63,945 bases of DNA, taken from NCBI GenBank assembly GCA_046731295.1, contig JBKPKU010000081.1, positions 1 to 63,945 of the forward strand. The letters are read 5' to 3'. Each line of letters begins with the position of its first letter. Positions within the stretch are counted from its first letter, which is position 1. The notes beneath the pieces are model-generated. The model made no database searches and was not told where the DNA came from. It worked only from the letters and a program-made list of their open reading frames with translations. The stretch comes from Actinomycetota bacterium (lineage in GTDB: Bacteria; Actinomycetota; UBA4738; HRBIN12). The position numbers and the translations under genes were made by a program. Positions 46,513-56,706 of the stretch are shown here, piece after piece.

Positions 46513-48006
46513 GTGAGGGCTCGTCCCGATCGCGAAGCGTTCGAACGGCAGGCGGACGGCTACTCGCTGGCGCCGGTCTGGGCCGAGCTGCTAGCCGACG
46601 TCTCGACCCCGGTGAACGTGTTCCCCGCGCTCGCCGGCGATGGCCCGGGGGTGGTGCTCGAAAGCGTCGAGCGTTCGGAGCGGTGGGGGCGCTACTCGTT
46701 CGTCGCGGGGGACCCGGCCGCCATCATGGTGCTCGATGTCGACGGCCTGCGGGTGGAGTCGTCCGCAGGCCGCCTGCCGATCGAGTCACCGAGCTCCGGC
46801 AACGCCCGCGCCGACCTGGTCGCGCTCGCGCGCTCGCTCCGCGCCCCGAGGGTCGAGGGGCTGCCCTCGCTCACCGGCGGGCTCATGGGGTTCCTGTCCT
46901 ACGAGGCTGCCGGGCTGCTGGACGGCCAGCCGTCGCCCGCGGGGGACGCGCACGGGCCGCCCGCCGGCCTGCTGCTCGTGGATCGGGCGGTGGTCTTCGA
47001 CCACTGGAGCCAGCGGCTGCTGCTGATCGCGCACGTCCCGCCCGGCGCGTACGACGATGGCGTTTCGGCGCTCGAGGAGCTGGCCGAACGGGTCTCGGGG
47101 CCGAGTGGCGTCGAGCCCGGGATGCTTCCCGGGCCGATCGCCGACCGCGAGCCCGCCGGCGAGCCGAACATGCCCGATGGGCGCTACCGCGAGATCGTCG
47201 GCGCGATGAAGGAGCGCATCGTCGCGGGGGACATCTACCAGGGCGTCCCCTCGCGACGCGTGAGCTTCCCGTGTCCACACGGCGGGTTCCCGGTCTACCG
47301 ACGCCTCCGCGTCACCAACCCGGCTCCGTACATGTTCTTCGTCCGGATGCTCGGCCTCGAGCTCGCCGGATCCTCCCCCGAGCCTTTGGTCCGCGTCGAG
47401 GGCCGTCGGGTCACGACGCGGCCGATCGCCGGCACGCGGCCGCGCGGCGAGGCCGAGTTGCGCGACCGCCTGTTCGAGCACGAACTGCTTGCCGATCCGA
47501 AGGAGCGCGCCGAGCACGCGATGCTCGTCGACCTCGCGCGGAACGACCTCGGGCGGGTGTGCCGACCGGGATCGGTTTGGCCGAGCGAGCTGATGGCGGT
47601 CGAACGCTTCTCGAAGGTCATGCACATCGTGAGCACGGTCGAGGGCGAGCTCGAGGAGGGCGCGCACCCGCTGGACGCGCTCGCAGTGACATTCCCGGCC
47701 GGAACGGTGACCGGGGCGCCCAAGCGCCGCGCGATGGAGCTGATCGCCGAGTACGAGCCGACCGCGCGAGGCCCCTACGCCGGCGCCGTCGGCTACTGCA
47801 CGTTCGCGGGTGACCTAGACTTCTGCATCACGATCCGAACGGTGATCGTCGCGGACGGGACGGCGCACGTGCAGACGGGCGCGGGAGTGGTGGCCGACTC
47901 GGATCCGGAGGGCGAGCTCGCAGAGACCAAGGCCAAGGCCGCGGCCCTGCTTCCCGCCGTGATGGAGGCGGACGCGATGCCCACATCCGAGGGGACCGCG
48001 CGATGA
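46513..48006 (+). CDS. trpE: Anthranilate synthase component I (TrpE/PabB family)
   Basis: VLESVERSERWGRYSF Trp-site motif and GTVTGAPKRRAMELI. GTG start 5 nt after SD AAGGAGG. Confidence 0.75.
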   Translation: MRARPDREAFERQADGYSLAPVWAELLADVSTPVNVFPALAGDGPGVVLESVERSERWGRYSFVAGDPAAIMVLDVDGLRVESSAGRLPIESPSSGNARADLVALARSLRAPRVEGLPSLTGGLMGFLSYEAAGLLDGQPSPAGDAHGPPAGLLLVDRAVVFDHWSQRLLLIAHVPPGAYDDGVSALEELAERVSGPSGVEPGMLPGPIADREPAGEPNMPDGRYREIVGAMKERIVAGDIYQGVPSRRVSFPCPHGGFPVYRRLRVTNPAPYMFFVRMLGLELAGSSPEPLVRVEGRRVTTRPIAGTRPRGEAELRDRLFEHELLADPKERAEHAMLVDLARNDLGRVCRPGSVWPSELMAVERFSKVMHIVSTVEGELEEGAHPLDALAVTFPAGTVTGAPKRRAMELIAEYEPTARGPYAGAVGYCTFAGDLDFCITIRTVIVADGTAHVQTGAGVVADSDPEGELAETKAKAAALLPAVMEADAMPTSEGTAR

Positions 48007-48584
48007 TCCTGGTCGTCGACCACTACGACTCGTTCACGTACAACCTCGTCCAGCTGATCGAGGCTCTCGGCGCCGAGACCGAGGTCGTGAAGAGCGACGC
48101 CGAGTCCGCGTCGGCGCTGGTCGAGCGTGCCCCCAACGCGGTCGTGCTCTCTCCCGGGCCCGGCCGGCCCGAGTACGCCGGATGCTTCACCGAGCTGCTC
48201 CGCCTCCTGCCCGACGAGACGCCGGTGCTCGGCGTGTGCCTCGGCCACCAGGCCATGGCCCTGGTGGCCGGCGGCCGCGTCGAACGCTCGACGCCGGTCC
48301 ACGGCAAGGCCTCGCTCGTGCATCACCACGGTACGGGGATCCTCGCGGGCCTGCCGGATCCATTCGAGGCGGGGCGTTACCACTCGCTCGTCGTCACGCG
48401 CGAGGGCCTGCCCGACGAGCTCGAGATCACGGCATGGAGCGACGACGACCTCGTGATGGCCGCGCAGCATCGCGAGCTGCCGCGCTTCGGCGTGCAGTTC
48501 CACCCCGAGTCGATCCTCACTCCGGACGGCCCGGCGATCGTGCGCACGTTCCTCGCGCTCACCAAGGAGCGACGAGCGGCGTAG
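48003..48584 (+). CDS. trpG: Anthranilate/aminodeoxychorismate synthase glutamine amidotransferase component II
   Basis: GVCLGHQ catalytic Cys and FHPES. ATGA overlap with the trpE stop. Confidence 0.85.
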   Translation: MILVVDHYDSFTYNLVQLIEALGAETEVVKSDAESASALVERAPNAVVLSPGPGRPEYAGCFTELLRLLPDETPVLGVCLGHQAMALVAGGRVERSTPVHGKASLVHHHGTGILAGLPDPFEAGRYHSLVVTREGLPDELEITAWSDDDLVMAAQHRELPRFGVQFHPESILTPDGPAIVRTFLALTKERRAA

Positions 48585-48585
48585 A

Positions 48586-48626
48586 GGCGACGAAAGGGCC
48601 GGAGTCCATTCGCTCCGTCCCTCGCC
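48586..48626. terminator. Imperfect GC hairpin between convergent trpG and a small membrane-protein gene
   Basis: GGCGA...GGG.CGGAG-loop-CTCCG.CCC.TCGCC (13 bp with a bulge). No U tract on either strand. Confidence 0.3.
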
Positions 48627-48638
48627 AACCGTGGGTGC

Positions 48639-48962
48639 CTACGGGCGCGGGATCGGCCTGACCTCGCCGCCGGGCATCCGGACGAAGCCGTCCGGGACGC
48701 TCATCGCGGTCGCCGGCTCCTCGACCACGATCGGCGAATACGGGCGGGGCTGCAGGCCGCCCTTGATCAGCCCGGGGACGGCTGCGGCCGGCGCGACCGC
48801 GGCGGCCGGCTCGTTCGCCGAACCCGCCGTCGTCCGGCCGTTCGAACCGATCAGGGCTCCGACCGCCAGGGCCGCGGCGATGAGCACGATCGCGAAGAGC
48901 ATGATCCAGGCGCCCCGGGGCGCGCGCCCGCCCGATCCGAGGGTCTCGATCCTGGTGGCCAT
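48639..48962 (-). CDS. Small single-pass membrane protein, hypothetical
   Basis: One TM helix (AWIMLFAIVLIAAALAVGALIG) followed by an Ala/Pro-rich tail. Confidence 0.4.
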   Translation of the reverse strand: MATRIETLGSGGRAPRGAWIMLFAIVLIAAALAVGALIGSNGRTTAGSANEPAAAVAPAAAVPGLIKGGLQPRPYSPIVVEEPATAMSVPDGFVRMPGGEVRPIPRP

Positions 48963-49144
48963 CGACCTCGCCTCCTTCCGGTGTCGTGATCACCCTAGGC
49001 CGGTGTGGCTGCGCGTTCGGTGCCGGGCGCCACCGACCGGACGTGACGAGGGTTACCCCGTGAAGGGGTCGGATCGAAGGTCAGCAGGATGAGGTATAGC
49101 CATGTCCCGGGCCGACGTCGCACGCATCCGCCCGGGACCGCCGG

Positions 49145-50332
49145 TCAGGCTGTCGTTGCCGCACCCCCGAACAGGTCGTCGGCGCCGGGACCACCGATCA
49201 AGGTGTCGGGCCTGCCGAGTCCCGAGAGTCGGTCGCCCCCGTTCAGCCCCACCAGGATGTTGGCCGTGCCATCGCCCGTGAGGTTGTCGTCCTTGGCGCC
49301 GCCCACGACGCCTTCGAGCGCCGTCAGTGCGTCGGTCCCCTCACCCCGGGCCGTGCTCCGGCGGAGGTTGGCCTCGACCTTCACGATGGCGAAGTCGAAG
49401 CGCACGAAGTCGAACCCGCCTCCGCCGTCGATGGCATCGTCGCCTCCGAGCCCGAGGAAGTCGTTGTCGGCGGCGTTACCGATCAACGTGTCGTTGAACG
49501 GCGTGCCGATCACATCCTCGATCCGCTGGATCGAGACCGCGATCCCCGGCGCGCTCGCGGTCCCCGCGTTCAGATCGACCGTCCCGCCACCACTCGCGTC
49601 CTCGAGCGAGACGAAGTCGAACCCGTTGCCCCCGTCGATCGTGTCGATCCCCCCGATGGGGACAAGCACGTCGCCGCCACCGCCGCCGCAGATCACGTTC
49701 CCCGGCCTGCCGGCGAGAACGTCCGGGCCGCTCGTGCCTTGGATCGTGCACGTGAGCGAGGCCACGCCCACGACGATGGCGGCGACGTTCGTGCCGTGGA
49801 AGCCCGCCGTCGGGTCGTCCCGCATGCCGTCGTCTGGCGCGAAGTCCTGCGCCACGACGACCTTGCATCCGGGCGTCCCCGGAGCCGAGCAGCTGCCGAA
49901 CGCCGACCGCCCGTAGTCGACTCCGGAGTCGAGCACCGCAACCGCCGTACCCGAACCCGTGTGATCGGCGGCGGCGGCCTCCGGCTGATCGATCAGCGGG
50001 AGGCTCTGCGTCAGGTCGAGCGAGTCGACCCGATCGGCGCCGATACCGACGACGGAGGGGTCGGCCTTCAGCCGCGCGAGCTCCTGCGGGGACCGGACAC
50101 GGAGAAGCTGGACGGGCATCGAGCGGTAGTCCTCCAGGACACTGAGCCCGGGCACGCGCAGGTGCAGGCCGGCCTTGAGCGCCCGATAGACGGGCTCCGT
50201 TCGCCGAAGCAGCGCTCGAGAGCTTCCGTGTGCCTCGGCGCGGGCGCTCGACAGCGTAGACGCGCCGTCGAGCGTTACCAGCACGTCGGCGCTGCCATCG
50301 CGCTTGAGCTGCCGGTCGACAAGCGGGTCCAC
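49145..50332 (-). CDS. Chimeric subtilase-like (propeptide plus Asp and His motifs only) / RTX calcium-binding-repeat protein; N-terminus probably frameshifted
   Basis: GTAVAVLDSGVDY (Asp box) and GFHGTNVAAIVVG (His box), then directly CTIQGTSGPDVL...GGGGGD...LGGDDAIDGGGGFD...GGDRLSGLGRPDTLIGGPGADDLFGG. No Ser box. The first in-frame start is GTG at 50332. A signal-like peptide lies in another frame at 50463-50400. Confidence 0.55.
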   Translation of the reverse strand: MDPLVDRQLKRDGSADVLVTLDGASTLSSARAEAHGSSRALLRRTEPVYRALKAGLHLRVPGLSVLEDYRSMPVQLLRVRSPQELARLKADPSVVGIGADRVDSLDLTQSLPLIDQPEAAAADHTGSGTAVAVLDSGVDYGRSAFGSCSAPGTPGCKVVVAQDFAPDDGMRDDPTAGFHGTNVAAIVVGVASLTCTIQGTSGPDVLAGRPGNVICGGGGGDVLVPIGGIDTIDGGNGFDFVSLEDASGGGTVDLNAGTASAPGIAVSIQRIEDVIGTPFNDTLIGNAADNDFLGLGGDDAIDGGGGFDFVRFDFAIVKVEANLRRSTARGEGTDALTALEGVVGGAKDDNLTGDGTANILVGLNGGDRLSGLGRPDTLIGGPGADDLFGGAATTA

Positions 50333-50484
50333 GGTCGCGGTTGGGGGGTATGCGGCCGGAGGGACGCCGGCATCCGCGGACCCGACCGTTGTGGCCGCGT
50401 GGCTCCGGAGGCCCCGCCGAACGCCGATGTGGCGAGTGCCGCGGCCACCAGGGCAACGGGCATCAGACCCAAGGCACGATGTTG

Positions 50485-51579
50485 CTAACGCTCGGCCGGC
50501 TCGGCCTCGCGGGCTGCCGCGATCTTGCGGGCCTCTTCGATGACGCGCTCGACGAACCGATCCTCGGCGATCTTGTCGACGACCTCGCCCTTGACGACGA
50601 GAAACCCCTGGCCCTTGCCCGCCGCGATCCCCAGGTCCGCCTCGCGCGCCTCGCCGGGACCGTTCACGACGCAGCCCATCACCGCGACGCGGATCGGAAC
50701 CTTGAGGCCCTCGCGCTCGATCGCTTCCTGGACCTGCTTGGTGAGCCCGAGGACGTCGACCTCGGCGCGGCCGCACGACGGGCACGCCACGAGGTCGAGC
50801 CCGCGCTTGCGCAGCCCGAGCGACTGCAGGATCCACGTCCCGACCTTGACCTCCTCCACCGGGTCGTCGGTCAGCGAGACGCGGATCGTGTCTCCGATCC
50901 CCTCCGCAAGCAGCGTGCCGATCCCCACCGCGCTCTTCACGCCGCCGGCGGGCATCGGGCCCGCCTCGGTGACCCCGAGATGCAGGGGGTACTCGCACGC
51001 CTCCGAGAGCTGCCGGTAGGCCTCGATCATGACGCGCGGGTTCGAGTGCTTGACCGAGATCTTGATGTCGAAGAAGGCCTCGTCCTCGAGGATCCGTGCC
51101 TCGTTCAAGGCGCTCTCGACAAGCGCCTCGGCCGTCGGCGCGCCGTGTTTGGCCAGGAGGTCCTTCTCCAGCGAACCCGCGTTCACGCCGATCCGGATCG
51201 GGACGCTCCGCGCCCTGGCCTCGCGCGCGATCAACCGCACCTTGTCCTGGTACTTGATGTTGCCGGGGTTGATCCGCAGCCCCTGGATCCCCGCCTCGAG
51301 CGCCGCCATCGCGTACTTCCACTGGAAGTGGATGTCGGCCACCACCGGGACCGTGGACTTGGCCGCGATCGCCGTCAGCGCCTCGGCATCCTCCCAGTGC
51401 GGCACGGCCACCCGAACGATGTCCACGCCGGCGGCCACCAGCGATGCGATCTGCTGCAGGGTCGCGTTGACGTCCGCCGTCTTCGTCGTGGTCATCGACT
51501 GGATGCGGATGGGCGCGTCCCCGCCGATCGTTACCTCACCGACGCGGACCTGCCGGGTCTTCCGTCGTTCGGTCAGCAC
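50485..51579 (-). CDS. ispG: 4-hydroxy-3-methylbut-2-enyl diphosphate synthase
   Basis: [26 protein letters not shown]..., ...CPSCGR..., ...[10 protein letters not shown]... Confidence 0.95.
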   Translation of the reverse strand: MLTERRKTRQVRVGEVTIGGDAPIRIQSMTTTKTADVNATLQQIASLVAAGVDIVRVAVPHWEDAEALTAIAAKSTVPVVADIHFQWKYAMAALEAGIQGLRINPGNIKYQDKVRLIAREARARSVPIRIGVNAGSLEKDLLAKHGAPTAEALVESALNEARILEDEAFFDIKISVKHSNPRVMIEAYRQLSEACEYPLHLGVTEAGPMPAGGVKSAVGIGTLLAEGIGDTIRVSLTDDPVEEVKVGTWILQSLGLRKRGLDLVACPSCGRAEVDVLGLTKQVQEAIEREGLKVPIRVAVMGCVVNGPGEAREADLGIAAGKGQGFLVVKGEVVDKIAEDRFVERVIEEARKIAAAREAEPAER

Positions 51580-51598
51580 CGGACCAGTCTCCCAGGCC

Positions 51599-52048
51599 TC
51601 AGCCGCCGAACACGTGGAACACGACCTGCCGGTCCTTGGGCTTGTCCATCTCGAACAAGATCAGCCGCTGCCAGCGGCCGAGCATCGGCTCGCCGTCGGC
51701 GACCGGGATCGCGTGCGATGAGGCGGACAGGAGCATCGCCTTGACGTGCGCCGGCCCGTTGCGGCGCTCGTGGGACTCATCCATGTTCTGCGTGCGCCGT
51801 TCGTGGTCGTCATGCGCGTAGTAGCCCTCGTCGGGAACGAGCCGGATCATGCTGGCGCGGAAGTCCTCGAGCGCCCCGTCCTCCCACTCGTTGACGATGA
51901 GCGCGCACGTCGTGTGGGCGCAGAAGACGACGGCGGACCCCTCGGTCACCCCCGAATCCTTGATCGCACGCTCGAGCTCCTCGGTGAGGTCGAGGAACGC
52001 GTAGCGCTCGGGCGCAGCGACCTCGATGGTGGTGGTGACCGATCTCAC
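51599..52048 (-). CDS. YjbQ/UPF0047-family protein (secondary thiamine-phosphate synthase family)
   Basis: ...FLDLTEEL...[20 protein letters not shown]...NGPAHVKA... GTG start after SD GAGGAGG, in a GTGA overlap with the kinase stop. Confidence 0.75.
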   Translation of the reverse strand: MRSVTTTIEVAAPERYAFLDLTEELERAIKDSGVTEGSAVVFCAHTTCALIVNEWEDGALEDFRASMIRLVPDEGYYAHDDHERRTQNMDESHERRNGPAHVKAMLLSASSHAIPVADGEPMLGRWQRLILFEMDKPKDRQVVFHVFGG

Positions 52049-53469
52049 TCGACCCTCCTCGTCTCCTTCGTCCGTGGCCCCCCGTGGGCGTGCTCGCGCC
52101 CCGTCCACACGCTCGCTTCGGGCATGCGGGCCCCACGCGCCGGCTCCCCCTCGTCGGGGGCGACCGGCAGCTCGAACGTGAACCTACTCCCTTTGCCGGG
52201 TTCGCTTTCGGCCCAGATGCGGCCGCCGTGCGCCTCCACGACCGAGCGAGCGATCGCCAGGCCGATCCCGGTCCCCCCGTCGTCGCGCGAGCGCGACGCG
52301 TCCACGCGGAAGAAGCGCTCGAACACACGGGGCAGGTCCTCGGCCGAGATGCCCGGCCCCGTGTCGGCCACGGCCACGTCCACCGACCCGTCGTGACGGA
52401 ATGCGGTCACGGTCACGCGCCCGCCGCTGGGCGTGAGCCGGACGGCGTTGTCGAGCAGGTTGAAGAGCACCTGGTGCACTCGTTCGCGATCGGCGTAGAC
52501 CGCGGGCAGGTCCACGGGCAGCTCGTCGGACACGGAGACGTCGGCCTCGGGACGCGCCACCTGGATCTCCGAGAACACCTGCGCGACCAGGGGCGCGACC
52601 TCGACGGGCTCGCGTTCGAGCGGCACGTCGCCGGACTCGAGCTTGGACAGGTCCAGCAGCTCATCGACCAGCCGGCCCAGGCGCTCGGACTGCACGAGCA
52701 TGACCTGGAGCGTCTCGGGGTTCGGCTCCTCGACGCCGTCCAGCAGGTTCTCAAGGTGCGCGCGGAGCGCTGAGATCGGCGTCTTGAGCTCGTGCGAGAC
52801 GTTGGCGACCAGCTCGCGGCGCAGCATCTCCAGCCCGCCGAGCTCGGAGCTCATCCGGTTGAACGCATCGGCCAGCCTGCCCACCTCGTCGCGCGAGTCC
52901 GTGACCACGCGCCGCGAGTAGTCGCCGGTCTCCATGCGCCGCGCGGCCTCCGCCATGTCCCGGAGCGGCTGCGTCATGCCACGCGCCAGCCACCGTGCGA
53001 TCACGAGCGCCACGACCGCCGCGACGGCACCGGCCACCAGGAGCTGCCACCAGAACTCGGTGAGGAAGCGCACCGACGAAACCCAGAAGCCGGGCACCTC
53101 GCGGACCGCGTAGAACATCCCCGGCGCGCCGGTCTGGCGCAGCGGCACGGCCGCGAACTCGACGCCGTTGGCTATGCCGACGTGCACGCCGCCGTCGAAG
53201 CGCGGGGGTGCGGCGAGCCGGGGTCCGAGCCACGTGGCGGCGGCGCCCTCGATCGACAGGAACGACGTCTCGCCGTCGCCGATGAACGTGTCGGACCGGC
53301 TCTGCTGCTGCGCCAGCTGGAGGAGGTCGACCAGGTCGGCGTTTCTAAGCGACGTCCCGAGCGCGAGCGCCAGGATGAAGTACACGAGCGCCACGGTGAG
53401 CCCGACCGCGAACACGATGACCGACCCGAGCTTGGCCCGGATCGTCGGTAACCGCTGGAGCAGGGTCAC
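52045..53469 (-). CDS. Sensor histidine kinase (2 TM helices, HAMP, HisKA, HATPase)
   Basis: H-box [12 protein letters not shown]-box [22 protein letters not shown]. Confidence 0.85.
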   Translation of the reverse strand: MTLLQRLPTIRAKLGSVIVFAVGLTVALVYFILALALGTSLRNADLVDLLQLAQQQSRSDTFIGDGETSFLSIEGAAATWLGPRLAAPPRFDGGVHVGIANGVEFAAVPLRQTGAPGMFYAVREVPGFWVSSVRFLTEFWWQLLVAGAVAAVVALVIARWLARGMTQPLRDMAEAARRMETGDYSRRVVTDSRDEVGRLADAFNRMSSELGGLEMLRRELVANVSHELKTPISALRAHLENLLDGVEEPNPETLQVMLVQSERLGRLVDELLDLSKLESGDVPLEREPVEVAPLVAQVFSEIQVARPEADVSVSDELPVDLPAVYADRERVHQVLFNLLDNAVRLTPSGGRVTVTAFRHDGSVDVAVADTGPGISAEDLPRVFERFFRVDASRSRDDGGTGIGLAIARSVVEAHGGRIWAESEPGKGSRFTFELPVAPDEGEPARGARMPEASVWTGREHAHGGPRTKETRRVE

Positions 53470-53476
53470 CGAACGC

Positions 53477-54181
53477 TCACTCGTCCGCGAACGCGTAGCC
53501 GACGCCGTGCACGGTGCGAACGAACCGCGGCTCAGCGCCGTCTTCGCCCAGCTTTCGGCGGATGCGGGCCACGTGGGAGTCCACCACGCGGCCGCCCGCG
53601 TAGTCCCGGTAGCCCCAGACCCGATCCATGAGCTGCTCCCGCGTGAAGACCACGCCCGGGTCCCTCGCCATCGCGAGCAGGATCTCGAACTCGAGCGGGG
53701 TGAGCTGGACCTCCTCGCCGTCCAGGGTCACCTTGCGCCGGGAGGGATCGATCGACAGTCCGGCGAGCTCGATGGGGTCGCTGGACGGCGTCGAGCCGAT
53801 GCGCTCGACCCGCCGAAGGATCGCGCGGACGCGCACGGTGAGCTCGCGCAGGCTGAACGGCTTGGTGAGGTAGTCGTCGGCGCCCACCGCGAAGCCGGCG
53901 ACCTTGTCCGCCTCCTCGGTGCGGGCCGTGAGCATGAGCACGGGGACCCATCGGCGGCCCTGCAGGCGCCTGCACACCTCGAGCCCATCCATCCCCGGCA
54001 GCATCAGGTCGAGGACCACCAGGTCCGGCTGCTCGGCCTCCGCGAGCTCGAGCGCCTGGGGACCGTCGGCGGCAAGGACCACGCGGAACCCCTCGTTCGA
54101 CAGGCGGGCACGGACGGCCTCCGAGATCGCGGCCTCGTCGTCCACGACCAGGATGGTCTGCTCGGTTTGCTCCCTGGTCAT
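53477..54181 (-). CDS. OmpR/PhoB-family response regulator
   Basis: ILVVDDE...[14 protein letters not shown]...KPF plus a winged-helix output domain ([10 protein letters not shown]...VRTVHGVGY). Start chosen at MTREQ. Confidence 0.85.
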   Translation of the reverse strand: MTREQTEQTILVVDDEAAISEAVRARLSNEGFRVVLAADGPQALELAEAEQPDLVVLDLMLPGMDGLEVCRRLQGRRWVPVLMLTARTEEADKVAGFAVGADDYLTKPFSLRELTVRVRAILRRVERIGSTPSSDPIELAGLSIDPSRRKVTLDGEEVQLTPLEFEILLAMARDPGVVFTREQLMDRVWGYRDYAGGRVVDSHVARIRRKLGEDGAEPRFVRTVHGVGYAFADE

Positions 54182-54266
54182 CGGCCCATCGTAGCCGTCG
54201 GGCATGGAGACCATTCCGGGGCGGTGTTGAGAAATCGTTGCGGCGGATCGGGCGCCGCCGACGCGA

Positions 54267-55385
54267 TCAGACGGGCGGCTTGACCAAGTCGACGTACACG
54301 ACGGCGACCGTGAAGATGATGAAGAAGCCCGCGACGGCGGCCGAGACCGGGACGACCTTGCGCATATCGACCGGGCGGTGGCGGATCTTCTCGATCGCAA
54401 GGACCGCGAGATGCCCGCCGTCGAACGGCGGGAGCGGCAGCAGGTTCAGCAGACCGACGAACACGTTCACGATGCCGAACAGGAACAGGAGGTCGCCGAA
54501 CCGATCCTCGGACGCGAGGCTGCCGGCGACACGCCCGATGCCCACGACGCTCGCGGGATCGGTCTGCTGTCGCGGTTCGTCGGTGAAGACGAGATCGGCA
54601 AGCCGACCGATCCCCTGCGGCCCGAAGATCCTCGCCACGCCCCGAGCGGTGCCGACCATGTTCTCCCCGACCAGGCTCGCGCCCCCGGTCACCGAACCGA
54701 TCACTCCCTCGGTCTCTCGGGTGACCCGAACGGGCTGCACCTGCACGCCGATGCGCCCCAACTGCTCGCCCTCCACCAACGAGAGCCTCGGGGTCATCGT
54801 GACCTGGAGCGTCTGGCCGTCACGCAGGATCGTGAACGTGAGCGGCTCACCGGCGTGCGCCGTCGTGTAGGCCACGAGGTCGTCGGCGTTCGGTGCCTCG
54901 AGCCCGTCGACGCTGACGACCCGGTCCCCCTTCTGGAGGCCTGCCGCCGCCGCGGGCGAGGCGGCTCCTCCCAGGCGGGGAGCCACCTCGGCGATCACCA
55001 CACCGTGCACGACCGGCCGGCCCACGAAACCAAGCCATAGTCCGAAGCACAGGAACGCCAGCACGAAGTGCGTTGCGGGCCCGGCCACGATCACCAGGGC
55101 GCGTTGCCAGATGGGCTTGGCGCCGAACGTCCTGGGCAGGTCCTCGGGCGGGACCGTTTCGAACGGGTTCATCCCGGCGATCTTCACGTAGCCGCCGGCC
55201 GGGATCGCCTTGAGGCCGACCTCGGTCTCGCCGCGCATGCGCGACCAGATCCTCGGCCCGAAGCCCACGAAGAACTCCTGGACCTTGATCCCGAACGCGC
55301 GCGCCACGGCGAAGTGCGCGGCCTCGTGGATCACGATCACGAGGATCAGGGCGACGATGAAGGCACCGATGCCAAGCGCGGCCAT
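54267..55385 (-). CDS. rseP: M50 site-2 protease (RseP/Rip1-like) with PDZ domain
   Basis: HEAAHF (HExxH), a PDZ segment (GLQKGDRVVSVDG) and a C-terminal NLLPLPPFDGG motif. Confidence 0.85.
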   Translation of the reverse strand: MAALGIGAFIVALILVIVIHEAAHFAVARAFGIKVQEFFVGFGPRIWSRMRGETEVGLKAIPAGGYVKIAGMNPFETVPPEDLPRTFGAKPIWQRALVIVAGPATHFVLAFLCFGLWLGFVGRPVVHGVVIAEVAPRLGGAASPAAAAGLQKGDRVVSVDGLEAPNADDLVAYTTAHAGEPLTFTILRDGQTLQVTMTPRLSLVEGEQLGRIGVQVQPVRVTRETEGVIGSVTGGASLVGENMVGTARGVARIFGPQGIGRLADLVFTDEPRQQTDPASVVGIGRVAGSLASEDRFGDLLFLFGIVNVFVGLLNLLPLPPFDGGHLAVLAIEKIRHRPVDMRKVVPVSAAVAGFFIIFTVAVVYVDLVKPPV

Positions 55386-55400
55386 GCGGTCCGACCCCTT

Positions 55401-56558
55401 CTAGCGTGACTCGATGATCTCGGCTGCGCGACGGCGGGCCCAGGCGTCTGCACGCTCGAGGCTCACGACCGAGACCACGGACGAGGGCGGCTCGTGCTCG
55501 TCGACGACGGCCGTGACGGCCTCGACGATGCGCGTAAGCGGGATCTTCCCCTCCAGGAACGCCATGACGGCGACCTCGTTGGCGGCGCTCATCACCGCGG
55601 GGAACGTGAGCCCGAGCTCGCCTACCCGGTACGCCAGGTCGATGGCCGGGAACGCCTCGCGATCGACGGGCTCGAACGTCACCGTGCTGTCGGCCAGCGG
55701 CACCGGGCTGACGCCGGTGGGCAGCCGTTCCGGCCACGCGAGCGCGAGCTGGATCGGCAGGCGCATGTCCGGCACCGCGAACTCGGCCCGCATGGAGCCG
55801 TCGCGGAACTCGGCGAGCGCGTGCACGATCCCCTGGGGGTGGATCACGACGTGGATCTGCGAGTACTCCAGGCCGAACAGGTAGTGCGCCTCGATGACCT
55901 CGAGGCCCTTGTTCATCAGGGTGGCCGAATCGATCGTGATCTTCGGGCCCATCTGCCACACCGGGTGCGCGAGCGCTTCCTTGACCGAGGCCTTGGCGAG
56001 CTCGGCCCGCGTCCAGCCGCGGAACGGTCCGCCGGAGCCGGTCAGGATCACGCGCTTGAGGTCGTCGCGTCGCTCGCCGCGCAGGCTCAGCGCGAGCGCC
56101 GCGTGCTCGGAGTCCACCGGCACCAGGCGCTCGGGCTCGCCCTTGACCAGGTCGACGACGAGGTCGCCCCCCACGACCAGGCTCTCCTTGTTGGCCAGGG
56201 CGAGCATCTTGCCCGCCTGCAACGTCGCCAGCGTTGGTCCGAGCCCGGCGGAGCCGACCAGGGCGTTCAGCACCATGTCCGCCTCCACGTCGCGGGCCAG
56301 GACCTCGGCCGCCTCGGGACCGACGTGGACCTCGACGCCCTTGATGCCGGCGATCTTCTCCCGCAGGTCGGCCGCGGCCTCCTCGTCGGCGATGGCCACG
56401 TGCGGGGGCAGGAACTCGCGGATCTGACCCACGAGCAGCTCCCGGTTGGTGCCCGCGGACAGGCCAACCACCTTGAACCGGTCGGGGTTGTGCCGCACGA
56501 CGTCGAGCGCCTGCGTCCCCACCGATCCCGTCGAGCCGAGAATCACCAGCGAGCGCAT
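55401..56558 (-). CDS. dxr: 1-deoxy-D-xylulose 5-phosphate reductoisomerase
   Basis: RSLVILGSTGSVGTQALDV..., ...LANKESLV... Start moved to the ATG 3 codons inside the TTG-initiated ORF. Confidence 0.9.
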   Translation of the reverse strand: MRSLVILGSTGSVGTQALDVVRHNPDRFKVVGLSAGTNRELLVGQIREFLPPHVAIADEEAAADLREKIAGIKGVEVHVGPEAAEVLARDVEADMVLNALVGSAGLGPTLATLQAGKMLALANKESLVVGGDLVVDLVKGEPERLVPVDSEHAALALSLRGERRDDLKRVILTGSGGPFRGWTRAELAKASVKEALAHPVWQMGPKITIDSATLMNKGLEVIEAHYLFGLEYSQIHVVIHPQGIVHALAEFRDGSMRAEFAVPDMRLPIQLALAWPERLPTGVSPVPLADSTVTFEPVDREAFPAIDLAYRVGELGLTFPAVMSAANEVAVMAFLEGKIPLTRIVEAVTAVVDEHEPPSSVVSVVSLERADAWARRRAAEIIESR

Positions 56559-56706
56559 CGGAGGCAAGATTACCCCGTGCCGCCCACAAACCCGGGAGGT
56601 AGGGGATCGTGTCGCTCGGGTCCCATGAGATCCACCTGCCGGTACAGAACGTCTCCGCGGTGCCCAGGGTTGCCTCGCGGACGCCGGCCGGGCCGTGAGA
56701 GTGATT

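Noticed and set aside
50485-51322. Upstream two-fifths of ORF 49145..51322 as part of the subtilase/RTX protein
   Set aside because: This stretch overlaps ispG, which has a complete and convincing sequence in another frame. The translation there is Arg/Gly/Asp-rich filler.
56651-56683. Imperfect hairpin between cdsA and dxr as a terminator
   Set aside because: The stem is bulged and followed only by TTCTGT. cdsA-dxr-rseP look co-transcribed, so the evidence is insufficient.
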